NCBI GenBank assembly: GCA_963677925.2
Contig: CAXXYH010000004.1
Coordinates: forward strand, 2,016,001 to 2,080,000
Direction: 5' to 3'
Length of the DNA stretch: 64,000 bases
From: Spirochaetia bacterium
Lineage (GTDB): Bacteria; Spirochaetota; Spirochaetia; UBA9216
The notes below the pieces were generated by a model, which did not search any database, was not told where the DNA came from, and saw only the letters and a program-made list of their open reading frames with translations. A program made the translations under genes and the position numbers. Below, in pieces: positions 9,984-19,885 of the stretch (positions are counted from its first letter, which is position 1; every line of letters starts with the position of its first letter).

Positions 9984-10574
9984 TTAATCCTCCAGGGATA
10001 TTTTTGACACGGAGATATAGGGCCCCTCAATAATCATCCTGACATCTTCATCTTCAGAAAGGGAAGCGATATTCTGAACGATATCATCATGTACATTACG
10101 GGGGATTTTAGTTATTCCTGTTTCATTTTCCTTAAGTCCCAGGACATGAAAAATCAGGTTGTTGTTTTCGATTGATTTAAAGACAATATTTATTCCGGTA
10201 GACGGTGCCTTTAGCAGAAGTCTGAATTTAATTATTTCAACTGCTCTTTCATCAAGGCCCTCTCCTGAAATAAGGATCTTTTCTACGAGTTCCGGATATC
10301 CGATTGCTACGGAATTTGCTTCCGAATCGATTTTACCGGTAACGAAATTAATTCTTTCAAGTTCAGGTAGAAAAAGCAGATTAAGTCCGGAATCGGGATC
10401 TTTAAGAACAGTCTTCAGCTCAGTTCTGATTACATTTCCGCACGATGGACATTCGAAGCTCATAAAGGTGCCTTCAAGGATGTCCTGATAAACCTGCTTG
10501 GATGCCGAGAGATCTATTTCAGAAGAAAATTCGGTCTCAATATTTTTACCGCAATGACATGGTATATTTATCAT
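9984..10574 (-). CDS. CpXC domain zinc-ribbon protein
   Basis: IPCHCG...FECPSCG pattern followed by L.EKI.I..GLD.R.VEIIK, typical of the CpXC family. Confidence 0.7.
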   Translation of the reverse strand: MINIPCHCGKNIETEFSSEIDLSASKQVYQDILEGTFMSFECPSCGNVIRTELKTVLKDPDSGLNLLFLPELERINFVTGKIDSEANSVAIGYPELVEKILISGEGLDERAVEIIKFRLLLKAPSTGINIVFKSIENNNLIFHVLGLKENETGITKIPRNVHDDIVQNIASLSEDEDVRMIIEGPYISVSKISLED

Positions 10575-10592
10575 AAAGAACCCCTGCGTCAA

Positions 10593-11948
10593 CTAACCGA
10601 AAAGAAAGTTCACGTCGCTGAAAACTGCAAGTAATAGTAACAGAAGTATAAGGAAAGATCCAATCATTTGATACCTGTACAGAGATTTAGTTTTCGGCGG
10701 TCTTCCGATTATCATTTCAGCAATATTGAAAACAATCATGCCTCCGTCTATTACCGGAATGGGCAGCAGGTTCATAAAACCAAGAGCTATACTGATGAGT
10801 GACAGAAATCTGAAGAAGCTTGTAAAACCTTCTCCTATGCTTTCACGGAAACCGGAAGATGCAGCTTCACCCATGTAATAGGTCAGTTTAACCGGTCCTG
10901 CTACCGCCTGACCGACATTGATCCCTTTAAAAAACAAACTTATGCTTTTAATACTCAGGATAAATGTTGAAAAGGTTTCTTCTGTGCCTCTTGCAAAAGC
11001 CTGGAAAATATTGAGTTTCGGTGATTTTATTTCAATACCGGCAAAGCCTACTCCAATCAGCAGTCTTCCGGTTTCATCGGGGATAGGAATTATTTTTACG
11101 GATTTGATGCTGCCATCATGTTCATATTCAATTTGCAGGCCTGAAGGATTCTGATTTATCAGATATGACAGCTCAACTTGATTTTCAATCTTTTCTCCGG
11201 CCGCGGTAAGGATTATATCTCCCGCCTGCAGGCCTGCTATTGCTGCTGCTGAATCGGGGATTACATTTTCTATGACAGGATCGATCCATGCAGAAATTCC
11301 GGCATATCCGGCCCCTGACTGTTTGTCGAGTTCGGGGATAAGTACGGTTTGAATTTCTGCTCCGTCTCTAAGAAGAGTTATATCAAGTGCCTTCTCAGGA
11401 TTCTGTCCTATTATGTTCTGGAAATCATAAAAGCTGGAGGTTTTTTTTCCGTTAATCTCTATTATACGATCGCCGGTCTGAATTCCTGCCGTATCTGCCG
11501 GATACTCTCGTGCTTCATTAGAATAATCAGAAAGAAGTATAACCTTGTTGTCAAAGGTATATGTAGTGAATCCGGCCAGCCATATGATTGAGAGCACAAG
11601 AATTGAAAAAATAAGGTTAAAACCAGGTCCGGCAAGGTAGGTGAGTATCCTCTTAAAAGGATGGGCTGCAAATAAAGAGCCCTCATCGTCCGGGATGGTT
11701 TCCCTGCCGGTCTCAAGGGCTTTCTGAAACATTTCTTCGCCCTTCATTTTACAGTAGCCGCCTACTGGAAAAACACATAAACGGAACTCAGTTTTTTTGA
11801 ATTTGTGTCTGTAAAAGGGTTTACCCCACCCGAGAGCAAAGGCTTCCACCTCTATTCCGGTAAGTTTTGCAAGAACAAAATGGCCGAACTCATGAACAGT
11901 AACTACAATCCCAAGTCCGATAACGCCTATTAGTATATTTAAAACCAT
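10593..11948 (-). CDS. rseP: RIP metalloprotease RseP (M50, two PDZ domains)
   Basis: [22 protein letters not shown]; position after dxr. Confidence 0.95.
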   Translation of the reverse strand: MVLNILIGVIGLGIVVTVHEFGHFVLAKLTGIEVEAFALGWGKPFYRHKFKKTEFRLCVFPVGGYCKMKGEEMFQKALETGRETIPDDEGSLFAAHPFKRILTYLAGPGFNLIFSILVLSIIWLAGFTTYTFDNKVILLSDYSNEAREYPADTAGIQTGDRIIEINGKKTSSFYDFQNIIGQNPEKALDITLLRDGAEIQTVLIPELDKQSGAGYAGISAWIDPVIENVIPDSAAAIAGLQAGDIILTAAGEKIENQVELSYLINQNPSGLQIEYEHDGSIKSVKIIPIPDETGRLLIGVGFAGIEIKSPKLNIFQAFARGTEETFSTFILSIKSISLFFKGINVGQAVAGPVKLTYYMGEAASSGFRESIGEGFTSFFRFLSLISIALGFMNLLPIPVIDGGMIVFNIAEMIIGRPPKTKSLYRYQMIGSFLILLLLLLAVFSDVNFLFG

Positions 11949-13087
11949 TATTTCAGCCTGATTTTCTCAATAATTTTTGAAGTCAGCTTTCTGGCTTCTG
12001 TATCAAGTTCGAAAACATGATCAAAAGACTCAAGCCTGGACGGCCAGTTATGATTCAGAGCCTTTTTGGTAATGTCTGCTATCTGAAGAAAGCCTGTTTT
12101 TCCGTCAATAAAAGACTGCACAGCCATCTCGTTTGCTGCATTGTAAACAAGCGGGTAGGCGCCTTTCTTTTTAAGTGTCTCATACGCCATTGGCACCATG
12201 GGATATTTATCGCTGTCAAGCAGGGAAAATTCAAATGTAGCATTAAGCAGGTTAAGTTCTGCAAAGTCGGCGGGAAGAATCTCCGGCCATGAAAGAGCGT
12301 TCTGGATTGGTATAGCCATATCAGGTCTGCTTATCTGCGGATACAGACAGCCGTCGATGGTTTTAATAAAAGAGTGAACATAACTCTTGGGGTGAATTAC
12401 AATCTTGATTTTTTCACTCGGTATGTCAAACAGGAAACGCGCTTCAATTACTTCAAGTCCTTTGTTGGCCATGGTTGCACTGTCTATGGTAATTTTGGGT
12501 CCCATATTCCATGTGGGATGTGCAAGTGCCGATTCAACAGTTACATTTTTCAGTTCCTCGACAGTTCTGTCCCTGAAGGCACCTCCGGAAGCAGTAAGAA
12601 TGATTTCTGAAATCTCCTCGTTTCTCCGGCCTTTCAGAAGCTGCCAGATAGCGGAATGCTCGGAATCAACCGGCAGGATGTTGCGCCCTTTTTCTTTGGC
12701 GAAATCCATTATCAGTTTACCTGTCATAACGACGGTTTCTTTATTGGCCAGAGCAAGATCCTTGCCTGAATTAAGGGCTGCGATTGAGGAGGAAAGACCA
12801 GCCGCTCCGGCAATACCGTTAAGTACAATATCTGCTTCACAGTCATTGATCATCTCGATAAGGCCCTCTGGGCCCGCGTATTTGATATCTGCAGAATGAG
12901 GAGTCCGGCCGGAGAGGCACATGTTTTTAACGTTATATGTTGAAGCCCATTCAAGAAGTCCGTTTTCACTTTTGTGGGCGGAAACGGCCACCACTGAAAA
13001 TTTATCCGGATTACGTTTAAGTACTGTGGCAGCGGTCCGTCCAATTGAGCCGGTGCAGCCAAGTATTATCAGTTTTTTTCTGTTCAT
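11948..13087 (-). CDS. dxr: 1-deoxy-D-xylulose 5-phosphate reductoisomerase
   Basis: [44 protein letters not shown]. Confidence 0.97.
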   Translation of the reverse strand: MNRKKLIILGCTGSIGRTAATVLKRNPDKFSVVAVSAHKSENGLLEWASTYNVKNMCLSGRTPHSADIKYAGPEGLIEMINDCEADIVLNGIAGAAGLSSSIAALNSGKDLALANKETVVMTGKLIMDFAKEKGRNILPVDSEHSAIWQLLKGRRNEEISEIILTASGGAFRDRTVEELKNVTVESALAHPTWNMGPKITIDSATMANKGLEVIEARFLFDIPSEKIKIVIHPKSYVHSFIKTIDGCLYPQISRPDMAIPIQNALSWPEILPADFAELNLLNATFEFSLLDSDKYPMVPMAYETLKKKGAYPLVYNAANEMAVQSFIDGKTGFLQIADITKKALNHNWPSRLESFDHVFELDTEARKLTSKIIEKIRLK

Positions 13088-13102
13088 GAGATATTTTTAC
13101 CT

Positions 13103-13951
13103 TTAAGCAAGATTTAGACGTAGAATTATATAGAAAAATAACGGAGCACTGAAGAGTATTGAATCAATAGAATCAAGTACACCTCCGCGGCCCTGCATGA
13201 TAGTTCCTGAATCTTTTTCCTTTACGGATCTTTTCATTGCAGACTCGATTAGATCTCCCACTACAGAAGTTGCTGCCATTGCTACTCCGGTAAGTACGGC
13301 AAAAATGAGTTTATTGCTGAATATTTCAGGGTAGAACTGGAAATAAACAGCTCCTGCAGCAGCAGATCCTGCAACACCGCCGAAAAGACCGGCAATGCTC
13401 TTGTTTGGGCTTACTGCGAATACCCCGCGGTTGTTTTTTCCGAATGCCATTCCCAGGAAGTAAGCAAAGGTATCATTTGCAAATACCATTGTGAGAAAGA
13501 TGAGTATAAGAACCGATGAGTTCGGGAAAATATTCAGCATGATTATATAGGCCATAAAAAAGCCAGGGTAAAACAGACTGAAAAGATAGGCGGGCATCCT
13601 TTCCATGACGGTGGAAATATGCTCTTCCTTTTTTCTGAAAGCTTCTGCAGCTATGACGGCGCTAAGGAACACTGTAAAAACAGGGGCTACACTGTGAGCA
13701 GGGTAGAGTCCTGTAAGGGATATCATCCTGAAAATAGGAAATGCCAGAGCCGTCACCAGAATTACTGATTTATTCTGCTTTACACCCTTGCGGGCAAACA
13801 TATTCCTTGTTTCAAAGGCTCCGATTACCGTGAGAGCACATATTAATATGTTCATAATAAGATGATTATAGAAAGGAAGAAATACTATAATCACAATGAG
13901 CAGCGGAACTGCTATAACACCAAGTAATAGCCTTTTAACCAGATTATTCAT
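13103..13951 (-). CDS. cdsA: Phosphatidate cytidylyltransferase
   Basis: DTFAYF, SPNKS, GDLIESAMKR..KDSG...GRGGVLD; alternative GTG start at 13960. Confidence 0.93.
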   Translation of the reverse strand: MNNLVKRLLLGVIAVPLLIVIIVFLPFYNHLIMNILICALTVIGAFETRNMFARKGVKQNKSVILVTALAFPIFRMISLTGLYPAHSVAPVFTVFLSAVIAAEAFRKKEEHISTVMERMPAYLFSLFYPGFFMAYIIMLNIFPNSSVLILIFLTMVFANDTFAYFLGMAFGKNNRGVFAVSPNKSIAGLFGGVAGSAAAGAVYFQFYPEIFSNKLIFAVLTGVAMAATSVVGDLIESAMKRSVKEKDSGTIMQGRGGVLDSIDSILFSAPLFFYIILRLNLA

Positions 13952-13952
13952 T

Positions 13953-14675
13953 TTAAGCACCGTATTTTCTATGCCTGTGCTGATAACTTTTTATTGCATC
14001 ATAAAGGTCATCAGCTTCCCAGTCCGGCCATAATTTTTCGCTGAAATACAGCTCTGAATAAGCACACTGCCAGACGAGAAAGTTACTCAGCCGTTTTTCT
14101 CCGGCTGACCTTATTATTAAATCAGGATCAGGAATTGACGGCTGATCCATGTATTCTACTAAAGTTTCTTCGTTCAGCATAGTGCCTTCATCGGCACATT
14201 TTTCAGGATGACTGTCGCACCATTTTCTTACGGCTCTGATTATTTCATCTCTTCCGCCGTAATTGATTGCCAGGTTGACTGTTGTATGTTCAAATGCGGC
14301 AGTTTCGTTTACTACCGACATTATTTCATTCTGAAGATAATCCGGGAGTCCTGCAAGATCCCCGGTGTGAACAACCCTGATTCCGTTCTGAATATAGAAA
14401 TCCATCTCTTTTTTCAGGTGTTTACTAATCAGCCTCATCAGAAAAGAGACCTCTTCTTCGGCGCGTTTCCAGTTTTCAGTTGAGAATGTGTAAAGTGTTA
14501 CGTATTTTACGCCCAGATCTGAAGCGGCTTTGACGATGCGTTTGGCAGAGACCAGGCCTTCACTGTGTCCTACAGTACGTTTTTTACCCTGCTGCTTTGC
14601 CCAACGCCCGTTCCCATCCATAATTATACCGATGTGAACGGGAATATTTTCTTTATCTATGGGGAAATTTTCCAT
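13953..14675 (-). CDS. uppS: Undecaprenyl diphosphate synthase
   Basis: HIGIIMDGNGRWA, FSTENWKR, NYGGRDEI, RLSNFL. Confidence 0.97.
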   Translation of the reverse strand: MENFPIDKENIPVHIGIIMDGNGRWAKQQGKKRTVGHSEGLVSAKRIVKAASDLGVKYVTLYTFSTENWKRAEEEVSFLMRLISKHLKKEMDFYIQNGIRVVHTGDLAGLPDYLQNEIMSVVNETAAFEHTTVNLAINYGGRDEIIRAVRKWCDSHPEKCADEGTMLNEETLVEYMDQPSIPDPDLIIRSAGEKRLSNFLVWQCAYSELYFSEKLWPDWEADDLYDAIKSYQHRHRKYGA

Positions 14676-14681
14676 TGGTTA

Positions 14682-15236
14682 TTAAATTTCCATTATTTCC
14701 TTTTCTTTTTTATCAAGGATTTCATTAATATCTTTGATGAAACTGTCAGTAAGCTTCTGGATTTCATCGGCTCCCTTCTTTTCATCATCTTCAGTGATTT
14801 CACTGCCTTTCTGCTTCTTTTTGAGTGTATCATTGGCATCACGTCTGATATTTCTTATTGCTACACGGCTCTGTTCAGCCATATTTTTTGCAATTTTTAC
14901 GAATTCTTTTCTTCGGTCTTCAGTCAGCGGCGGAATGCTTATTCTGATAACCTTTCCGTCATTGCTGGGGTTAACTGAAAGTTCGGATTTCTGAATTGCT
15001 CTTTCAATCTCTGATAAAAGACCTTTATCCCAGGGCTGAATTACAACGAGTCTTGCTTCGGGAACTGAAACAGTGGCAACCTGACTTAAGGGGGTAGGGG
15101 TGCCGTAAGCTTCAACCTTAACCTGATCAAAAAGGGCTGCAGAAGCTCTTCCCGTTCTGATAGTTTTAAACTCATCTTCTAAAGCAGCTATTGATTTTTT
15201 CATTCTGCTTTCAGCACTTGAAATTGTCTCTTTCAT
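14682..15236 (-). CDS. frr: Ribosome recycling factor
   Basis: IRTGRA, IQPWD, PPLTEDRRKE; start MKETIS after AGGGAG. Confidence 0.97.
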   Translation of the reverse strand: MKETISSAESRMKKSIAALEDEFKTIRTGRASAALFDQVKVEAYGTPTPLSQVATVSVPEARLVVIQPWDKGLLSEIERAIQKSELSVNPSNDGKVIRISIPPLTEDRRKEFVKIAKNMAEQSRVAIRNIRRDANDTLKKKQKGSEITEDDEKKGADEIQKLTDSFIKDINEILDKKEKEIMEI

Positions 15237-15256
15237 GATTATCTCCCTTTGTAAAT

Positions 15257-15288
15257 AAAAAAAGGACATCCCCGCATTAACGGGGATG
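15257..15288 (-). terminator. Intrinsic terminator after tsf
   Basis: CATCCCCG-6nt-CGGGGATG stem followed on the minus strand by TCCTTTTTTT. Confidence 0.7.
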
Positions 15289-15298
15289 CTTTAAATTT

Positions 15299-16144
15299 CT
15301 ATTCTTCTTCGCCGACTCTGAAATAAACAAAATCAACAAGAGTAAGCTTGCTGCCGATTTCTTTGGCAAGTGCATTCATTACTTTCTCAACACTGTTTTT
15401 GTCATCCTTAACGAAGGGCTGATCAAGCAGACAGATCTGTGAGTAGAGCTTGTTGATCTTACCCTTTACAATACCCTGAAGAACATTTGCAGGTTTATCA
15501 AGGTTTTCAGCCTGCTTTGTGAAGATCTCTTCCTGCTCTTTAAGGTAATCGGCACCGACAGTCTCTCTTGAGAGGAACATCGGGCTGTATGCTGCAATGT
15601 GCAGGGCACAGTCGAAAGCAAATTCCTTTACCTTCGGATTTTCTGCAGCTTCTTTGGAATCAGCTGAAATCTTAACGAGAACTCCGATTCCGCCTTCTCC
15701 GTGAATATAATCTACACAAACATCGTTTTCTGCGACATCAAGAACCTTGAATCTCTTGATTGAGATATTTTCCTTGATTTTGCTGATAACGAGTTTAACT
15801 TTTTCATCAAGTTCAGGTGTGATTTCGCTGAGGTTATCAGCAACGATTGCATCGAGAAGTTCATTACCTGAATTAACAAAGTTTTCATTTCTTGCAACAA
15901 AGTCGGTTTCGCATGAAAGCTCAAGAGCTCCTGCTTTTCCGTCTGCAATTTTTGTGAAAACTCTTCCTTCGTTTGTAGCACGGTCGCTTCTCTTTGCAGC
16001 AGCTGCAAGTCCCTGTTCTTTGAGGAGCTTTTCAGCTTTTGCGAAGTCTCCGCCTGCATCTACAAGCGCTTTTTTACAGTCCATCATTCCGGCACCGGTT
16101 TTGTCCCGGAGTTTTTTAACGTCAGCTGGTTTAATATCTGCCAT
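15299..16144 (-). CDS. tsf: Elongation factor Ts
   Basis: LRDKTGAGMMDCKKAL, ELSCETDFVA. Confidence 0.98.
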   Translation of the reverse strand: MADIKPADVKKLRDKTGAGMMDCKKALVDAGGDFAKAEKLLKEQGLAAAAKRSDRATNEGRVFTKIADGKAGALELSCETDFVARNENFVNSGNELLDAIVADNLSEITPELDEKVKLVISKIKENISIKRFKVLDVAENDVCVDYIHGEGGIGVLVKISADSKEAAENPKVKEFAFDCALHIAAYSPMFLSRETVGADYLKEQEEIFTKQAENLDKPANVLQGIVKGKINKLYSQICLLDQPFVKDDKNSVEKVMNALAKEIGSKLTLVDFVYFRVGEEE

Positions 16145-16164
16145 TTGAGTACTCCTGTCTATTA

Positions 16165-16977
16165 TTATTCGTCTTCGCCGGCTGCTTCATCGTCAGAGCT
16201 GTCATCGTCTGATTCATTTGAAGCTTCGGGAGTGTTGTCTGCAGCAGGAGCCTCTTCATCATCATCCTGGAGAGTTTCAATTACTTCAAGTCCGATTTCG
16301 TTGTCTGCTTCTACTACTGCATTTGCAATTATCTGAGTAAAAAGAGTTATTGCTCTGATAGCATCATCATTACCGGGAATAGGGAAGTCAATATCTGTAG
16401 GATCACAGTTTGTATCTACGATTGCTATTACCGGAATACCCATTCTTTTTGCTTCAGCAACTGCTATAGCTTCCTTGCGGGTATCGATAACAAAGAGAAC
16501 ACCTGGAAGGTCTTTCATCTCTTTGATTCCGCCGAGGTTCTTTTCAAGTTTAGCTTTTTCTCTGTTGAGTTTGGCTACCTCTTTTTTTGTGAGGCTTTCG
16601 AAAGTACCGTCAACTTCCATTTTCTCAATTTTTTTGAGTCTGAGAATTGATTTTTTGATTGTGGCAAAGTTGGTGAGCATACCACCGAGCCAGCGGTTGT
16701 TTACATAGTACATTCCGCATCTTTCAGCTTCGCGCTGTATTGCTACCTGTGCCTGTTTTTTAGTTCCTACAAAAAGAACTGTCTGTCCTTCATGAACCAG
16801 ACCGCGGACAACTTCATAAGCTTCCTTGATAGATGTGATGGTTTTCTGAAGATCGATAATGTGGATCCCGTTTCTTTCTGCGAAGATGAACTTCTTCATT
16901 CTCGGGTCCCAGCGTTTAGTCTGATGTCCGAAGTGAACACCTGACTCCAGCAGGTTTTTCATTGTTACTACTGCCAA
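16165..16977 (-). CDS. rpsB: 30S ribosomal protein S2
   Basis: [27 protein letters not shown]; probable TTG start at 16977 after GGAGG. Confidence 0.98.
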   Translation of the reverse strand: MAVVTMKNLLESGVHFGHQTKRWDPRMKKFIFAERNGIHIIDLQKTITSIKEAYEVVRGLVHEGQTVLFVGTKKQAQVAIQREAERCGMYYVNNRWLGGMLTNFATIKKSILRLKKIEKMEVDGTFESLTKKEVAKLNREKAKLEKNLGGIKEMKDLPGVLFVIDTRKEAIAVAEAKRMGIPVIAIVDTNCDPTDIDFPIPGNDDAIRAITLFTQIIANAVVEADNEIGLEVIETLQDDDEEAPAADNTPEASNESDDDSSDDEAAGEDE

Positions 16978-16994
16978 GATTTCCTCCATTGAAT

Positions 16995-17033
16995 TGACAG
17001 ATCGAAATCTGTCAGACAGATAAATATCTGTCT
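16995..17033 (-). promoter_or_regulatory. Tandem hairpins in the rpsB 5' leader
   Basis: TGACAGAT-CGAA-ATCTGTCA immediately followed by AGACAGATA-AA-TATCTGTCT (plus-strand text). Confidence 0.5.
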
Positions 17034-17053
17034 CCTTCTCTTTTTCTCACCCA

Positions 17054-17635
17054 TTACGGGTGGAAGTTAAAATTATTTGCAATGAGCATGCCATAAAAAG
17101 TATTAATAGGCAACCCCATGACATTCGAGTAAGATCCTTTCACAGAAGCAATAAAGCATGCTCCCTTCTCCTGAATGCGGTATGAAGCGGCCACTCCCTG
17201 CCACTCATTCTGATCAAGATACCAGTCTATTTCAGCCTCGCTCATCGGGCTGAATGTAACTTCAGTTTCACAGATTTCGGTCTGAATTTCTTTTGAGGGA
17301 GCTTTCAGAGCAAGGCCGGTAATAACGGTATGAGTCTGTCCCTGAAGACTCTGAAGCATCTCTTCAGCCCCGGCTCTGTTTACGGGTTTGCCTATAAAGC
17401 GGTCGCCGAGGACAACGAAGGTATCTGCGCCGAGTATCCACTGCTCAGACGAGAAGCTGCTGCTGCGGATGTAAGAATCAACTTTTCGCGCGGCAATTAT
17501 TACGGCCTCTTCCGCTGCAGATTTTCCGGTAAATGTTTCGTCCGCATCCTGCGGGGCGGTTGTGAAGGTCAGTCCCATCTGTTTCAGCAGTTCGATCCTG
17601 CGCGGAGAGGCTGATGCCAGTATTAATTTTTCCAT
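17054..17635 (-). CDS. maf: Maf-family nucleotide pyrophosphatase
   Basis: LILASASPRR, ILGADT, GKP, H.VITG, SNVMGLP. Confidence 0.93.
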   Translation of the reverse strand: MEKLILASASPRRIELLKQMGLTFTTAPQDADETFTGKSAAEEAVIIAARKVDSYIRSSSFSSEQWILGADTFVVLGDRFIGKPVNRAGAEEMLQSLQGQTHTVITGLALKAPSKEIQTEICETEVTFSPMSEAEIDWYLDQNEWQGVAASYRIQEKGACFIASVKGSYSNVMGLPINTFYGMLIANNFNFHP

Positions 17636-17644
17636 ATGTACGGT

Positions 17645-17881
17645 TTATATCCTTTTAAAAAGAAGGTAGCCGGCCGCGGCTCCTGCAGGGCTTCCGGGGT
17701 TGAGCATTATATATACCGATAGAACTCTGATGTCGAATCCGACTGGACCGACAGCCAGGTGAATATCGAATCCGGTGTATGAAAGCAGCAGTTCAAGTAT
17801 TTCCCACACGAGTGTGCCTATTATTATAAAAAGCACCAGGAAGCTGATAAATGCTCCCAGGTTTTTCTGAGTTATTTTCAA
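17645..17881 (-). CDS. Small membrane protein (DUF4321-like)
   Basis: 78 aa, two hydrophobic segments, C-terminal LNPGS..G...GYLLFKRI; GGAGG RBS. Confidence 0.6.
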   Translation of the reverse strand: MKITQKNLGAFISFLVLFIIIGTLVWEILELLLSYTGFDIHLAVGPVGFDIRVLSVYIMLNPGSPAGAAAGYLLFKRI

Positions 17882-17894
17882 TTTGCCTCCGGGT

Positions 17895-18656
17895 TTAATC
17901 TGTTACGATTTCAACCGGACAGTGATCAGAGCCCATCACAGAGTCGAGGATTGCAGCGCTTTTAAGCCTGTCCGAAAAGCTGTTGTTTACGCAGAAATAG
18001 TCGATTCTCCACCCCACGTTTCTTTCGCGTGCTTTGATTCTATAGGACCACCATGAGTATTTCTCCGGTTCGTCACAGAACTTTCTGAATGTATCGGTAT
18101 AACCGGCGGCGATGAAGGAGTCCATCCATTCCCGCTCTTCAGGCAGGTAGCCGGGGTTTTTTTCATTCTGTTTCGGGTTTGCCAGGTCTATCGGCTTATG
18201 GGCTACATTGTAGTCGCCGCAGAGTATTATGTTTTTTCCCTCTTCAACGGTTTTATTGCAGTACTCGAGTACTGCATTGTTGAAGCGGAGCTTATAGTCC
18301 AGCCGTTTTCCGGCATCCTGGCTGTTGGGAAAGTAGCAGTTGATAAGTTTGAAATCGGTGTATTCGAGAATGATGCTCCTTCCTTCGGCATCAAATTCAT
18401 CGATACCAAGCGTCTCGACTGAAATCGGCTCTTCTTTTGCGTAAGTGACAACCCCGCTGTAGCCTTTTTTCTCGGCTGAAGCAAACCATGAACGGTAGCC
18501 TGCAGGCGACATGAATTTATCATCCAGCTGTTCAGGCTGGGCTTTTGTTTCCTGGAGGCATACAAAGTCTGCATCCTTCTCTGCTATCCAGTCGAAAAGG
18601 CCTTTCTTTTCGATTGCCCGTATTCCATTAACATTCCATGATACAAATGTCTTCAA
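17895..18656 (-). CDS. xth: Exodeoxyribonuclease III / AP endonuclease
   Basis: SWNVNGIRA, CLQETK, GDYNVAH, GWRIDY, GSDHCP; TTG start at 18656 after AGGGGG. Confidence 0.95.
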   Translation of the reverse strand: MKTFVSWNVNGIRAIEKKGLFDWIAEKDADFVCLQETKAQPEQLDDKFMSPAGYRSWFASAEKKGYSGVVTYAKEEPISVETLGIDEFDAEGRSIILEYTDFKLINCYFPNSQDAGKRLDYKLRFNNAVLEYCNKTVEEGKNIILCGDYNVAHKPIDLANPKQNEKNPGYLPEEREWMDSFIAAGYTDTFRKFCDEPEKYSWWSYRIKARERNVGWRIDYFCVNNSFSDRLKSAAILDSVMGSDHCPVEIVTD

Positions 18657-18667
18657 ATAAATCCCCC

Positions 18668-19609
18668 TTAGTTCAGCGGAAACAGGATTCTGGCCATATA
18701 AATAACAAAAATAAGTGTAAAAACACATGCCAGGGTGGAGTACATAACGGTTTTAGCCGCGAATTCCGCTTCACCTTTCTGTTCAACGGCTATTATAACA
18801 GTATTTACAGCGGTTGGAAGCCCTCCGGAAATGAACAGGGTCTGTGCCAGTGCTCCTTCAAGGTTCATAATCCTGATAAGGATATACGATAGAACCGGTG
18901 CTCCGATAAGCTTTACTGCAACAGCCAGAACGGCGGTGCTGTCAATTTTGGTTACCTCTGTTGATGCAAGCTGAACGCCGAGTGTTACCAGGATGAATCC
19001 AATCATTGCATCCTTAATATATTCGAATGCAGGCCAGACGAAAGTTGTTTCAAGTCTGAAATCAAAGTTTTTCAGAAGCAGAGCAAGAATAATTGCATAG
19101 ATTGCCGGAAGCTTTAGAAGATTGAGCAGAGAATCCTTCCAATGCATCGTATGTCTTCCTGCGTTATAGAACCCTATTGTATTAATAGCCATGGACTGAA
19201 TGAGCATTATTGTGATTTGAACAATAAGTGCATCCTGAACATAGGGTGTACCATCGAATACGAGTAAAATCAGCGGTATCCCAATATTTCCAGAATTATA
19301 GAAAAAACATGCACTTACAAAGGCATATTTTTTTTTCATTTCGTATTTCCGAATAGTTGCTATCAGGAAAGCTGCAAGATACATCAGGCTGAGAAACAGC
19401 AAGGAATATATCAGAACACTGGAGATGCTTCCGGATAGATCGTTGGTATAAATAACCGCAAAAGTAAAGATCGGCATGAATGCATAAAGATGCATTTTTG
19501 CTAGTGTTTTCATATCAAGTTTGAAATTTTTACCGAGTATAAATCCAACTGTAATAAGTATGAAAATAGGTACAATGTTATGAGTTAAAATATGTAGGAA
19601 TACCTGCAT
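18668..19609 (-). CDS. AEC (auxin efflux carrier) family transporter
   Basis: Multiple TM segments; NSGNIGIP and PTAVNT motifs. Confidence 0.85.
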   Translation of the reverse strand: MQVFLHILTHNIVPIFILITVGFILGKNFKLDMKTLAKMHLYAFMPIFTFAVIYTNDLSGSISSVLIYSLLFLSLMYLAAFLIATIRKYEMKKKYAFVSACFFYNSGNIGIPLILLVFDGTPYVQDALIVQITIMLIQSMAINTIGFYNAGRHTMHWKDSLLNLLKLPAIYAIILALLLKNFDFRLETTFVWPAFEYIKDAMIGFILVTLGVQLASTEVTKIDSTAVLAVAVKLIGAPVLSYILIRIMNLEGALAQTLFISGGLPTAVNTVIIAVEQKGEAEFAAKTVMYSTLACVFTLIFVIYMARILFPLN

Positions 19610-19723
19610 CTGCTACTGCCTTGAGTTAATAAGTTAGCTGTATTATACAGAAAAAACTTAAAATAATCAGATGTTTCTTTGAATATAATCAGTTTGATAA
19701 ATATACGTGAACGGGGATTATGT

Positions 19724-19831
19724 ATGAAAAAAAATCAACAGATAAGGCTCCCGGCGCGACGCTGTGTGGCTGTAAAACAGCTTCCTAAGAGTGTAAAGGT
19801 TGAGGTTGAGGTAATTGCGGCTGTGAAATAA
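19724..19831 (+). pseudogene. C-terminal remnant of a RidA/YjgF-family gene
   Basis: 35-codon ORF MKKNQQIRLPARRCVAVKQLPKSVKVEVEVIAAVK matches the RidA C-terminal PAR.CVAV..LP....VE.E.IA motif; the N-terminal two thirds are absent. Confidence 0.7.
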
Positions 19832-19885
19832 TCTTCTTAATCAAAACTCAACTCAGATATGCTTTCTGTATATCTGAGTAAGGAT

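Noticed and set aside
15237-15298. Absence of pyrH between tsf and frr
   Set aside because: This order is normal for spirochaetes and no remnant is visible.
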